NCBI GenBank assembly: GCA_010909165.1
Contig: VJWM01000063.1
Span: 1,364,001 to 1,428,000, forward strand
DNA length: 64,000 nt
Source of the DNA: Anthoceros angustus
Taxonomy: Eukaryota; Plantae; Anthocerotophyta
Direction: 5' to 3'
The first letter of the stretch is position 1. Every line of letters begins with the position of its first letter. The notes under the pieces were generated by a model, which saw only the letters and a program-made list of their open reading frames with translations, did not search any database and was not told the origin of the DNA. Of the stretch, positions 49,720 through 60,290 are shown in pieces. The translations under genes were made by a program, and so were the position numbers.

Positions 49720-52529
49720 AGCGGAGCGCGGTATCCTAGGGACTTTGGCCTCTAGGGAACGTCATAAGTGTAGGGTGCAGAATAACATCGATGCAGCGTG
49801 GCCCTTGGCGAGATCCAGCAGGCGCAGCACAGAAGATGGGTTACTAGGGTTTGGTGTGGGACCCACCTCGGTGGTTGTAGCAACTACTACCGGTGAGTGG
49901 CTCCGGAGCGGTCGTGGAGCGAGATTTGAGGTCGAGGAGTTAGGTCCGTGGTAGTTGGGTAAGACAGAGGTAGCCGTAGTAGAGAAGATAGGTGTAAGAG
50001 TAGTAGCGGTCCGTGCTTAGGCAAAGGTTGGTAGCGATAGAAGGTAGCGCCTTTTGGCACAAACCATTCCCTTGGGAGCGAATCCCAGGACTACAACGAC
50101 ATGGAGGGTAAATGTGGACCTCACCGTGCCCCACGACATGGGTCGTCACCCCACACCATGTCACGTCACCAGTTCTGCAGGTATATAATTAGAAAAATAT
50201 AAAAACATTCAAAAGTCGTATGGACTTGACACATGGTTATGATGCTCGTGTTTTTCTACATCTTACCAGAGAAGAGAGAAGTGAACCATTTCCCGGAGGC
50301 AATAGGGTAATTGGATGGCGATGCCGATTCAATCGGTGGATTCACACCGTGTGGCAGACGGGTTCAAATGAACATAGGGTGGACAAGTAGCTCTCATAAC
50401 CTATAGTTATACCTATTGTGTAGTAGTTTGGCCAAAGCTGGCTTCGGGTTGTACCAATGGACAAATATATCACCACCATAAGAGGCAGGGCTTCGGGTTG
50501 TACCAATGAACAAATATACCACCACCATAAAAGGCAGTAGCCGTGAACTATACTGCAATGGACAAGGTCCACACAGTCTTGTAGTATGTGTGGCTTACTA
50601 GGAAATGTCTGGTGCTTAAGTACACACATACAATAAGGGCATGCGCATGCTGGGAAATAAAGCATGATTTGGATACTGGATAAGGGCGGATGCGCCGCGG
50701 CACCCTCACTTCAACATATACTTTGTGATTTACACTATTTAGCACATGGAAAAGTTGGTGAAGCGGTTAGACGTGTAGGCCATAAATAGAAGGTTTCCGA
50801 ACCTGCAATTGTATACGTGACGCATTGGAATCGATTAGTTGGCCTTTCTTTTAAGTCGTCAGTATGTCGGCGCCCTTTGAATGTAAATTTTCCCCAAAGC
50901 TATGTGTTTAGTAGGGAAATAGGTAATATGATTTGAAATGAGAGATAAAAATATGAGGTTACTAGTTCAAGTCATGCTTCTTTGTTTTGGCTAGCATACT
51001 TTATTTTTGCTAGCATAGTTTGTGTAAAAGTGATGGATAATTGGTTTGGTTTAAAATCTCCTTATTCTAGTGATTCGTAGTCTTGGACTCAAAATCACGG
51101 AAATTATTTTCAAATTTCAATGGTTTTTTAAATACGTTGTTTGAAATTAGCCATGCCCTTATATTCATGATCACAAATTGTAGTGGAATCGGAATGGTGA
51201 AGAGAGGCATGACATACCCAAGTTTCTTCCTTTTTCTCGAGCTCAGTGTAGGCTGCGATAATCCTTCTACAGAGCTCATAGCTGTTGACCATGTGTTTTG
51301 TGTACTGGACATTATCTTTGTGAGCGACCTAGATTGCGTCGTGATCGAAAGTTCAAAAGGTGGTGTTCTTTCTCTTTCGGTATGAATCATGCATTCAAAT
51401 GCTTACAAAGAACGGGTTGCTTGCTTGACAAAGGCAAGTTGTCATGATTCAAATCCATGAAAGCCGAAACGCATTTAGGGCATGAACCTCCTTCTAGATC
51501 AAAATGACAAAGGATTGATGCACAGACGAAGGCCAGAGATGTCAGGTGCTTGCACAAAGGTAGCAACACATGGTCTAATGCAGGTAAGTCACAATGTGCA
51601 TTGGTGCACGATAAGTGATTATAAGCCCTAGCGTTAATGCGGACGCAGGCACACCGACGCTCACAGAAAACCTATCTAAGGACGTCGGCATACCGGCGCC
51701 CTCTGGAGGGAGTATAAGGGCATAGGGTGCAACTAGCATATTGGAGCCTTCATTTGTATATATTATTTTTACATTATAGATTTTTGTTGGTAAGAAAATT
51801 AGGTCATGACCATAGGTCGTGAGTTCGAGTTCGAAGTTGTAGATTTAAAACTAGTTAAGTTGAGTTTCTTTTACGGCACCAGCCTACCGGCGCCCACACA
51901 CCAGTGTTTCCAAGCCTCCACACACCAATACTCCCACATCATTTCAAGTAAAAGCCAAGAGCAGAGCGTTGGCATGCTAGTGCCCACATACGGGTACTCC
52001 AGATCCAGGCCCTTCCAAGTAAAAGCCAAGGGCAAAGCGCCGGCCTGCGGGCGCCCACACACCAGTACTCCTAAGCCTTTTGGATTTGAAGATTATGGAT
52101 CTCGATAGCTAGTTTCAATTGCCTCGTATCAAAAATTGCCTAAAATCGCGATTTAGTTCCTGTGCAGGTTTTTGGAAGCGGCTCCAATTTTGCCGGAAGA
52201 GGTATTGTATATTCAACCGCTTCAAACATTATCGTGTTCTATAGGTTCGCCTGAGTTTACAAGCCATTAGTGTGCATCGCAAGTACGTGGGGGTACGAAT
52301 GTCGTTCAATCCCAATGGGGGGATTGGCCATCGGGCACCGGGCATTTGGTAGAATTCGCGGGTCCCCACTAGTATTGTATATGTGCCTTCAAGCTGACGG
52401 GTCATACATAAACTATGAGGATCATAAACTATCTCGAATCATATATAAATACTGATAAACTACCATGAAACCCATGCTAGCTTAATAGGACTGCAATATT
52501 AATATCGGCCATGGCTGCACGTATGATGG

Positions 52530-54290
52530 CACTTATGATCGCCGGAAGAGCCAAGGCAAGCATGGCTGCATCCCAATGACAACCATAGAGGTTAGTGATT
52601 TCGTAGGAAGAGTAGAACCGAGAAGAAAGAGCCTACCGGATGGGGGACAAGTTTCAATAAGATGGTGAGAGGAATCGAAAAGGCTACACTGGTCCGGAGC
52701 AAACGAAAAGGTGTAATCAGATTTAAGAGCTTGACCGACGGATATGATATTCCTGCTCAAGTGAGGAACGTAAAGCATGCTAGGGAAAGCTGTTATCTTA
52801 CCGTTGGGCAGAACGATGGCCACTGTACCTGAGCCATGGATGGCGCAGCGAGAGTAGTCGCTAAGATGAACGGAGCTTGTAACTCTGCTAGGTTGGAAGG
52901 AGATGTACGAATCTTGTAGGCTTGTCATGTGGTGAGTTGCATCTGTATCCACAAACCAAGTATGGAGATCCAACGATGGGTTAGAGCATATGAGAAACAA
53001 ACGAGCGCCGTGAGTGACGTTGCTGGTAGAGGGTGGCTCCGTCATGTCCGCTTGTCTCTTGAGGCAATCACGTTGGTGATGCCCAGGCTGCAAGCAGTAG
53101 AAGCAATTCCCTATCTTGCGCTTGTCATTAGAGTGAGGGGCCAGGGAGTTGCCCTTGCCGAATTCTCCGGAGTATCGCCCTTGATAAGGGACGGGCCTAC
53201 CCCGGGTGAAGAGAGCGGTATCTTCGAGCGCTACGGTATGGGCCGCCTCCCACCGCTGCTACTCTTATTTCAAGAGCGCCAAGGTAGACCAGGATAACTT
53301 TTACCAAAACAAATTTGCCCAACCGGGTTGAAAGATTGTGAAAGGATGGTTCCCCATCCCAACATGGATCTATGTGTCACTAGATAACATAAGAACTCCA
53401 CAGTTAAGCAACCTGTGGGCAGATCAATGCTGGGATGGGGAACTATTCGTTCAGCCCAATTGGGCAAATAATCTTTCATCCCGGTTGGGCAAACAATCTT
53501 TCATCCTGATTGGGCAAACAATCTTTCATTGTGATTGGGCAAACAATCTTTCATCCCGGTTGGGCAAACAATCTTTCAACCCGATTGGGCAAATTTGCTC
53601 TAATAAAAGTCGTCCCAGTCTAACTGGGCGCGCCGACCTCCCTCGTGTGTGGTCATTGTGCGAGACTCTCTAAAAAATATATACACAAACAACGAGATAG
53701 TTTCGTCCAACGGCCTTGGATTCGCCGTTTGCGTCATTATCAACGCTGACCATGAAGGGGGCAAGCCTCTGCAGCATTTGCACAGACGCATCATGGTTAG
53801 ACACGGTGGTGCCTGCCAACTCCACTGAATCCTTTAGGTTCATGAACTTGTTCACGAACTGCTCAACCAATTCATTCTCTACGGAGGCTGTAGAACTGCC
53901 GTATCAGGTAACCCTTATTCACGGCATCGTCAAAGACATACTTCTTCTTCAAGATGTCCCAAACCTCCTTGGAGATTGGCAAATGCCGAACCATGCTTAG
54001 TTGAGGGTCCTTCATATAGAGCAGAATGTTTGCTCATGCCCTTCAATCTTTTGAGTCTCATTTGGACTTGGTTCCAAAACTCGTCGCAAGGTATAGATGA
54101 TTGTGCCTCCTGGTATCGCAGGTGGAGTGACAGGCCTCGGGTCAGTCCCGTCGACAACGCTAAATAGGTCTCCTCTAAGAAGAAATACCTCAAGTTTGCG
54201 ACTCCAAGGAGAGTAATTAGTACCATCAAAGAAATTAACGAACTTGTTCACGGACTCGAAGGATGCCATTTGTAGAGAAAGGACCACTTA
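52530..54290 (-). pseudogene. Degenerate Copia gag-protease fragment
   Basis: FDGTNYSPWSRKLEVFL; CFYCLQPGHHQRDC; WFVDTDATHHMT..LYVPHLSRNIISV. Confidence 0.85.
53292..53615. mobile_element. MITE with about 45-bp TIRs, an inner inverted repeat and a 25-bp tandem array
   Basis: ACTTTTA...CAAATTTGCCCAA.CGGGTTGAAAGATTG inverted at both ends; about 5.5 copies of (c/t)gattgggcaaacaatctttcatc; CA (or CAG) duplicated at the flanks; interrupts Copia gag. Confidence 0.8.
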
Positions 54291-55329
54291 AAAGATAGTA
54301 CCTAATAATAGTCGTGTAAAGAAGATAGTTAGGTGGTAACTTATCATTCAATATGATAGAGGTTAATGGAAGAAATAATATTCTATGAAGAAACAGGTGA
54401 GACGGTAAAAAAGATGGAGGCAGGTGAGAGAAGGGGTAGAGTTGCCCCAAGCCACCCGGGCATAACCGGTGGGGGGCTACGTTTCGCCCCCATGGAGCAT
54501 CGGTTGGTAACCGGGTGCCCCAATTCAGGGGCCACCCACCGGTTCACCGCCTGTCGCCGGTATGTGATCGGTGGGGGGCATTGATTCGCCCCTCCCCCCG
54601 CCTCCGCACTGGCTCGCTCTCGCGCATTGATTCGCGCACGGGCACAGGCAGTAGTTGGCTGCCATGAGCGAGCGCAACGCGCGCCCCGCTTGCCAACTCT
54701 AGCGCATGGCGATGGGTGCCACGAAATCCCTAGAATCTTCAGGAAAATCAACGAATCCAACAGCTAGATGCCGGTCGCCTGGGGCGCCTTAGTTGGTGTG
54801 TAAAGATGCAAAGACTTCTTGGGTGGATTGGCCTTCATCCGTGATTCGTGACAGGGGCATTTGGGTCTTGGAAAAAGGCATGGCGATAATCTCAAAATTT
54901 CTCCACTTGATGGTAGAGTCTCGGCTGGATTGCTGGGCATAGGTGTTACCTAGGCAGTGGGATAGATCGCCAAGGCTAGAGCATCAAATCCTACTAGTTC
55001 TTTTGGCAAATCCCCACTCAAATTGGTGCTTGTGGGCTTCACCCGGTGTTCATGAACACCGCGTGAGGCATGCCCAAGCGCCCAAGCCGCCCTCCACTTA
55101 CTACAAGAACCTTCCTAGGAGAGTCAGGAACTGTTGTCTATAATGGACAACAATTTTAATTTTGACGTACTAAAGGGTTATTTAAATATCATTTTTTATT
55201 AAATAATATACTTTTGTGGACTGTTTTTTTTACAACAATAATCCGTTATTTTATTCGCGCTTGCGCGTTATGCTTTGTGCTTACTCGTGTCCTTTGCTGC
55301 CCGATGCGAGATCTGCTCTATGCTCACTC

Positions 55330-56010
55330 GTGCGTTTATGTTGAATGGGGAGCCATTTCTTGGAATAGTAGAAGACAACCTACTGTGGCTCTATCCTTTA
55401 TTGACACAGAATATATGGCAACATGCTCTGCAGTCATGGAGGCGATATGGTTGCGTAACTTGCTAGATGAGATAGGATTCAAGCAAAAGGAAGCAACAAC
55501 AATCTTCAACGACAATCAAGGGTGCATTTTCTTAGCCAAGAATGCAAATTTTTCATGCTAGAACCAAGCACATCGAAGTGAAACATCACTTTGTAAGAGA
55601 GAAAGTAAAATTAAAGGAGGTAAAGCTAGAGTGTTGTCCAATAGGAGACATGCCGGCAGATATTTTGACTAAAGGCTTGACTTTAGACAAACATGCTAGG
55701 TTTAGTAAGATGCTAGGCCTAAGGGAATAATTTTGATATGTTGAGTGGGAGTGTCAGAAATGATTTATTATAAAATATCAAAATATGTTATAAATAGTAC
55801 CCTAAAAATAGGTCATGAAGAGTGCCTTAAAAATATCTAGAAATTCATGTATCTTCTAGAGAATGTCTTCTACAAAGCCCAAGAGTAATAGGCAAATAAG
55901 TAACCTATAGGATTCAAGGTTGAGGACTATATAAGGCTAAGCCCACTAGATGTGGTGTGTGGTATGTGCAAATATACTTGTGTGCTAGTACCTAGTATGG
56001 CTAGTGCATA
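55330..56010 (+). mobile_element. Copia 3' fragment: RNaseH, PPT and LTR start
   Basis: AISWNSRRQPTVALS..FNDNQG..HARTKHIEVKHHFVRE..ADILTKGL; PPT GAGTGGGAG then TGTCAG at 55752. Confidence 0.85.
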
Positions 56011-56394
56011 TAAGCCATATTGTATGGGGATGTTGTGTTCCCTCTCAATAAAGCCTCAACTCTTTTCATTTCAGGTTTTGGGAAAGGTAACTTCTCTGCA
56101 GTCTTCAAATCCATTAAGGAGTATGTGAAAACGTTTGATGACACGCTGCAGGTCGTGGATAGCTTAAATTCCAAACTTGCATGTAAATTATGGAGAAAAC
56201 AACACCCCGGGAGAATGAGGAGTATGTGAAGACGCTTGATGACACGCTGACGAAGTAGATAGCTTGAGTTGCAACCATACATGTAAATTATGGAGAAAAC
56301 AACACCCCGGGAGGATCTCTACTACCGCTTCCTGCTCTCAAGACGAAAACAACACCCCGGGAGATCTCTACTACCTCTTCCTGCTCTCAAGACG

Positions 56395-57055
56395 AGCCTG
56401 TTGATAAGATTCAGTTTTACCAGGTACCTCTATAGCAGCTAGCATGTGGCCATATTGCTACCACCAGCTTCCAGGTCTCTGGCAATGCCACTTGTGTCAA
56501 GGACAAGGCATCTGTTGTGATCCAATACACCTGTACCGTGGTTCGCTCCTCGGTCCCGTGTAGCTTGTGACAGTGGACAGAGACAGGACAAGACAGAAGC
56601 GGGGGAACGGGTGAAAGTGGTCTCCAGTGGTTCCCCGTTGGTTTGGCTTGAGATACCCTGGTCAGTTACACATTCAGCGAAGGAGAACATGCATCCGCTA
56701 CTTTGATTTCTTCTTTCTTGACGAATTCCAGCCCTACGCTGAAACGTTGCAAATCATCTACTTCCGTCCGGTTCCGATGCACTGACCCTAAACTCTCTTG
56801 TGCACAGGCAGGCAGGCCCTGGACTTGCCTGGGCCCTGGCCTGGTTTGGGGGTTCCCACAGTTTGATGTGTATACAGTTTGTGCACAGTTTAAAACGTGT
56901 TGCTATGCTTGTCCGAGGTGGTGAAAATTGGATATGCTGGGTTGCTTAATAAAAAATCCCCACGCCTCCAAGCAAAGGATTGGTGGGTTAGCAGTTCTGG
57001 TATGATTCAGAACAAGGCGTTTTCTGGCCCCTAGCTGAGCTGTTCAGCTGGCATA
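56395..57055 (+). pseudogene. Mosaic tail segment (inverted PPO-tail paralog plus EVVKIGYAGLL exon), near-identical to 1-590
   Basis: 56464-57070 aligns almost base for base with 1-595. Confidence 0.65.
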
Positions 57056-57084
57056 ATTTGAGAGGAAAGTTGGGTTTTATGGAC

Positions 57085-57500
57085 CAGGCCATCCCGCTTT
57101 GCTGGAAACCACTTTAGTCCTGTTCTGTCTTGTTCTGTTCTGTCCTGTATCTGTGTCTGACTCTGTCCGCTGTCACAAGCTAAATGGGACCGGCACGCGG
57201 ACCACGATACAGACTGCCTGATTCCAGCAGATGCTTTCTGCTCGACACAAGTGGCATTGCCGCAAATGTCAAAGCTAGAAAGAAGCAAATCGTAGATGCT
57301 ACGGGAGAGCCTAGTAAAATTGAGTTGAAGCAACTGCGAACCGCCTCTTCTCCTTCTTCTTCGGTTTGGCACATAGTGTTCCCTGCCCCTCTCCCCAAAG
57401 TCATGGGGATTGGTGCCCGGAGATCGACCGAACAGCGCTGGAGGGAGATCATTGTGCCACAAGAAGAATCATCTAGAATTCATTATTTCGTTTCTATTTC
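57085..57500 (-). pseudogene. Decayed downstream exon of PPO-B (relic C-terminal domain?)
   Basis: Homologous to 815-1175. No open frame from the splice acceptor. About 165 bp are missing relative to copy A near 57090. Confidence 0.4.
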
Positions 57501-57755
57501 GTGGGACTAAAGGACGGCATACAAGATCGTGGCTAGGTAGGTGCTCAAAAACACCTCGGGCCAGTTCAGGCCACTATCCCCCAGGAGGTAAGGAAAATCT
57601 AGGCTCCCATCCCTTTCTGTCAATTTTCAGTTGCTGGCTACAAAAGTCTGTCAGGGGTAGGAGACGTACGAAGTGCAACAAGATAGCGCTCCTTTCTCCT
57701 CGTACCTCAATTCAACCCCTTCCCCATCAGACTCCAGAGGAATTACATTGGTTGC

Positions 57756-59358
57756 CTACATAAAAGAATGCCCTTCTCCTTCATCTTGGAGCCAGGGGTG
57801 CTCTACTTTTTGGTGGGTATACTTGAGGTCCAGCTCGTTAAGGCAGTCCCTGACTGTGACCCTCACAATGTCTGCGTTCTCATCAAAGAAGAAGAATTCG
57901 GCATCCAAAAAGTCCGGGTCGTCCTCGTAATTCACTTGACCAGGCAACTCCTGAAGGAACAGAACAATGGTGGCAGACGGTGAGCATCACAACAGATGGC
58001 CTCCGACATACCCAACTGTTACCAAGATTGCTAGCGCAACAACCCGGACAGATTGCAATTCAGAGTACCTTCCAAACAGTCCAGATCCTATCGACGTTGG
58101 CGTGGTGCACGAACAGGAGGGGGTCGTGCAGGGAGGTGTAGATGGCTCCCATGTCCTCGTATGTCAGCTCCGGGTCGCCCGTATGGAAATGGACGACGCT
58201 GTGGACGTTGTTCTCGTAGGTCTCCCGGCCCTGGACGAACACCATCCCGGCGCGCATTGGGTGGGACATAAACTTGGGGTCACCCTCCTTAATGAGCAAG
58301 CGATGCAAGTGCGCATTGTTACGCAGCCGGAGCTCTTCCGGCGTCTTGGCGTACGGAATGCTCCAGTTCAGCTGCACGTCCCGGTCGTAGTACTGCAAAT
58401 CCACCAGCTTGTCGGGCAGCCCGGGCTCCAGTAACGGGTCGCGCACGGGGTGGTAAAGATCCGGGTAATTCTCGGGATCCCGAAAGAAATGCGGCACCGC
58501 ATTGGGGGCGGGATCGAGGGGCAGCTGGTTGTCCCAGTTCCAGAACGGCAGCACGAAGTTCTCATCGCCCAGCATCTTGCCCATTGTCCTCTCGTAAAAG
58601 AAAGTGAACCTACAGCAACACAAGATCCCATCCAGATGAAGCCCACAAGGCATTCTAAGCAGCCCACAAAGCGTCGATGATCAATACAGCCCACAAAGTG
58701 TGCACAGAGTACAACAATCGGGAATGATATGGAAAGCAGCAAGCCTGGGAAATGTGCATGTAGATCTGTGGAAGGATGGAGATGGAGCCCACAAAGTGTG
58801 CACAGTGTAAAACAATCAGGAATGATCTGCACTTCAGCTAGCCAGGGAAGTGTGCATGGCGTACCATCTGTGGAAGGGATGGAAGAGCCAGTTCTGGTGC
58901 ACCGAGTACTCCTGGTCCGGGAACCCCCGCTGCGGGAGGATTGCGCCGCCCAGCATGCAGTGGTAGCTGTTGAGCATGTAGTTGGAGCGGGGATCGGAGG
59001 GCGGGAGCTCCTTGATAAGCCGGAACCCGAGGTTGAGCTGCTGGAGGTAAGTCCGGTTGTTGCCAATGAGGTGGGCCGCCGGCCTGACGCGCACTTGCTC
59101 GGGGAGCGGATTCTCCTTCAGGTACTGCGACCACTCCTTGTACCCCAAAGGCCGGCCCTCCGAATCGGTGTTCCGCAGCGGCGGGATGTTGCAGCAGTCC
59201 ACATCCCCGTCCCAGCCTTCCGCGAAGGGCACGAAATTGGGAATGTGGTACTTCCTGCAGGTCCTGAAATCGGGCTGTATCGGTGCCCCGTCAGTGATCT
59301 CCACTCGCACCGCCAACTGCAACACGGACAACAGCAACAGCAGCAGCAGGGACGCCAT
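57756..59358 (-). CDS. PPO: Polyphenol oxidase / tyrosinase-family protein, secreted type, about 409 aa; exons 59358-58865, 58609-58069, 57950-57756
   Basis: Signal peptide MASLLLLLLLSVLQLAV; CuA YHC..VHQNWLFHPFHRW; CuB ENNVHSVVH..DPLLFVHHANVDRIW; DWL-type domain DPDFLDAEFFFFDEN..VRDCL..PWL. GT-AG introns join in frame (494+541+195 nt). Confidence 0.92.
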
Positions 59359-59857
59359 CGCCCCGTTACACGCGAACTCCCAAAAGACGGTGCGAGATTC
59401 CGAAATATCGGGAAGGTTGGGAAGCCTTTCACATCAGGCTACTGGGCACGAAAGCAGGGGAAGATCAAAGCCGGCCATAGCCCACGCACAGCGACAACCC
59501 TGAAGGCGGGGGGCGAGAAGATCCCACACATTCAACATCTGCACAGTCTGCTACTTATACTTGGTAGCCTGGTGCGAATTGCTCCGCAAAGCCGGGATCC
59601 AGGCTCTCTAAAGTCTGGCACACTAATTGAGGTGTAATTGCTGCTGCATGATTTCCTGCAACAAGCCTAGATATAGATAGGTCGCCTGAGATTACAAGCC
59701 ATTGGTGTGCATGGCTAGTACGTGGGGGAGGGATTGTCGTTCGCTCCGGCCAGTGGGCAGTGCACACTGGACAGAACTTCCCACCAATAGTTGTATGAAA
59801 TTTTAAGAAATATTGCAGTCCACTTAGACGGAGTATCAGTATACCTAATGTATGTGC

Positions 59858-60290
59858 CAGGGTGTCATTTGACCGAGTACTATCTCAGTCCCCGGGACCG
59901 CCTAGCCTGTCTACGCTCGGTCCCGGACCGAGGAGGGACTGTGCCTTTTTGCGACCCTTGGTCACTAAATATAATAATATTAAATAAATAATTTATAAAT
60001 AATATAAAAGACTGCAGACTGCGGAGTCCGCAGACTGCAGCCCAGCCGGCAGACTTTGTCCATGATAAAGATGGGTCCATGTGTCCATAATAAATATCAA
60101 TCCTTGATATAAAATTAAGTAATTTACTAATTTTAAACCGGACCTTTTATGAACTCTCGGTCCCCGAGGGTAATAGGGGACCGAGGGTGGGGACCGGACT
60201 CCTGAAGAACCTCCGGTCCCATGTTTTTTTTAACACATGCCGGGATCGGGACCGGGACCGAGCTTGGGACGGGGTCAAAATGACACCCAG
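59858..60290. mobile_element. hAT-type MITE in the PPO-B promoter
   Basis: TIR C(A/T)GGGTGTCATTT(T)GACC; 8-bp TSD GTATGTGC/CTATGTGC; many subterminal GGACC/GGTCC motifs; AT-rich core. Confidence 0.8.

Larger units (their letters stand above)
37119..50155 (+). mobile_element. Ty3/Gypsy (Athila/Tat-like) LTR element lacking RT, RNaseH and integrase core, with internal tandem duplications
   Basis: 5' LTR 37119-39040 (TGTAAAC...CCACA); tRNA-Asp-type PBS TGGCGCCGTTGC(C)GGG (about 39044, 39630, 40225); PPT GAGAAGGGAG before 44578 and 46057; 3' LTR 46057-48017; TSD CCATG at 37114-37118 and 48018-48022 (again at 50156-50160 in the duplicated end). Confidence 0.88.

Noticed and set aside
53455-53595. 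25-bp repeats as a CRISPR-like array
   Set aside because: The repeats are head-to-tail with no unique spacers, lie inside a MITE, and the context is eukaryotic.
58729-59637. 302-aa plus-strand ORF
   Set aside because: Antisense shadow of the GC-rich PPO-B exon 1, with no recognisable motifs.
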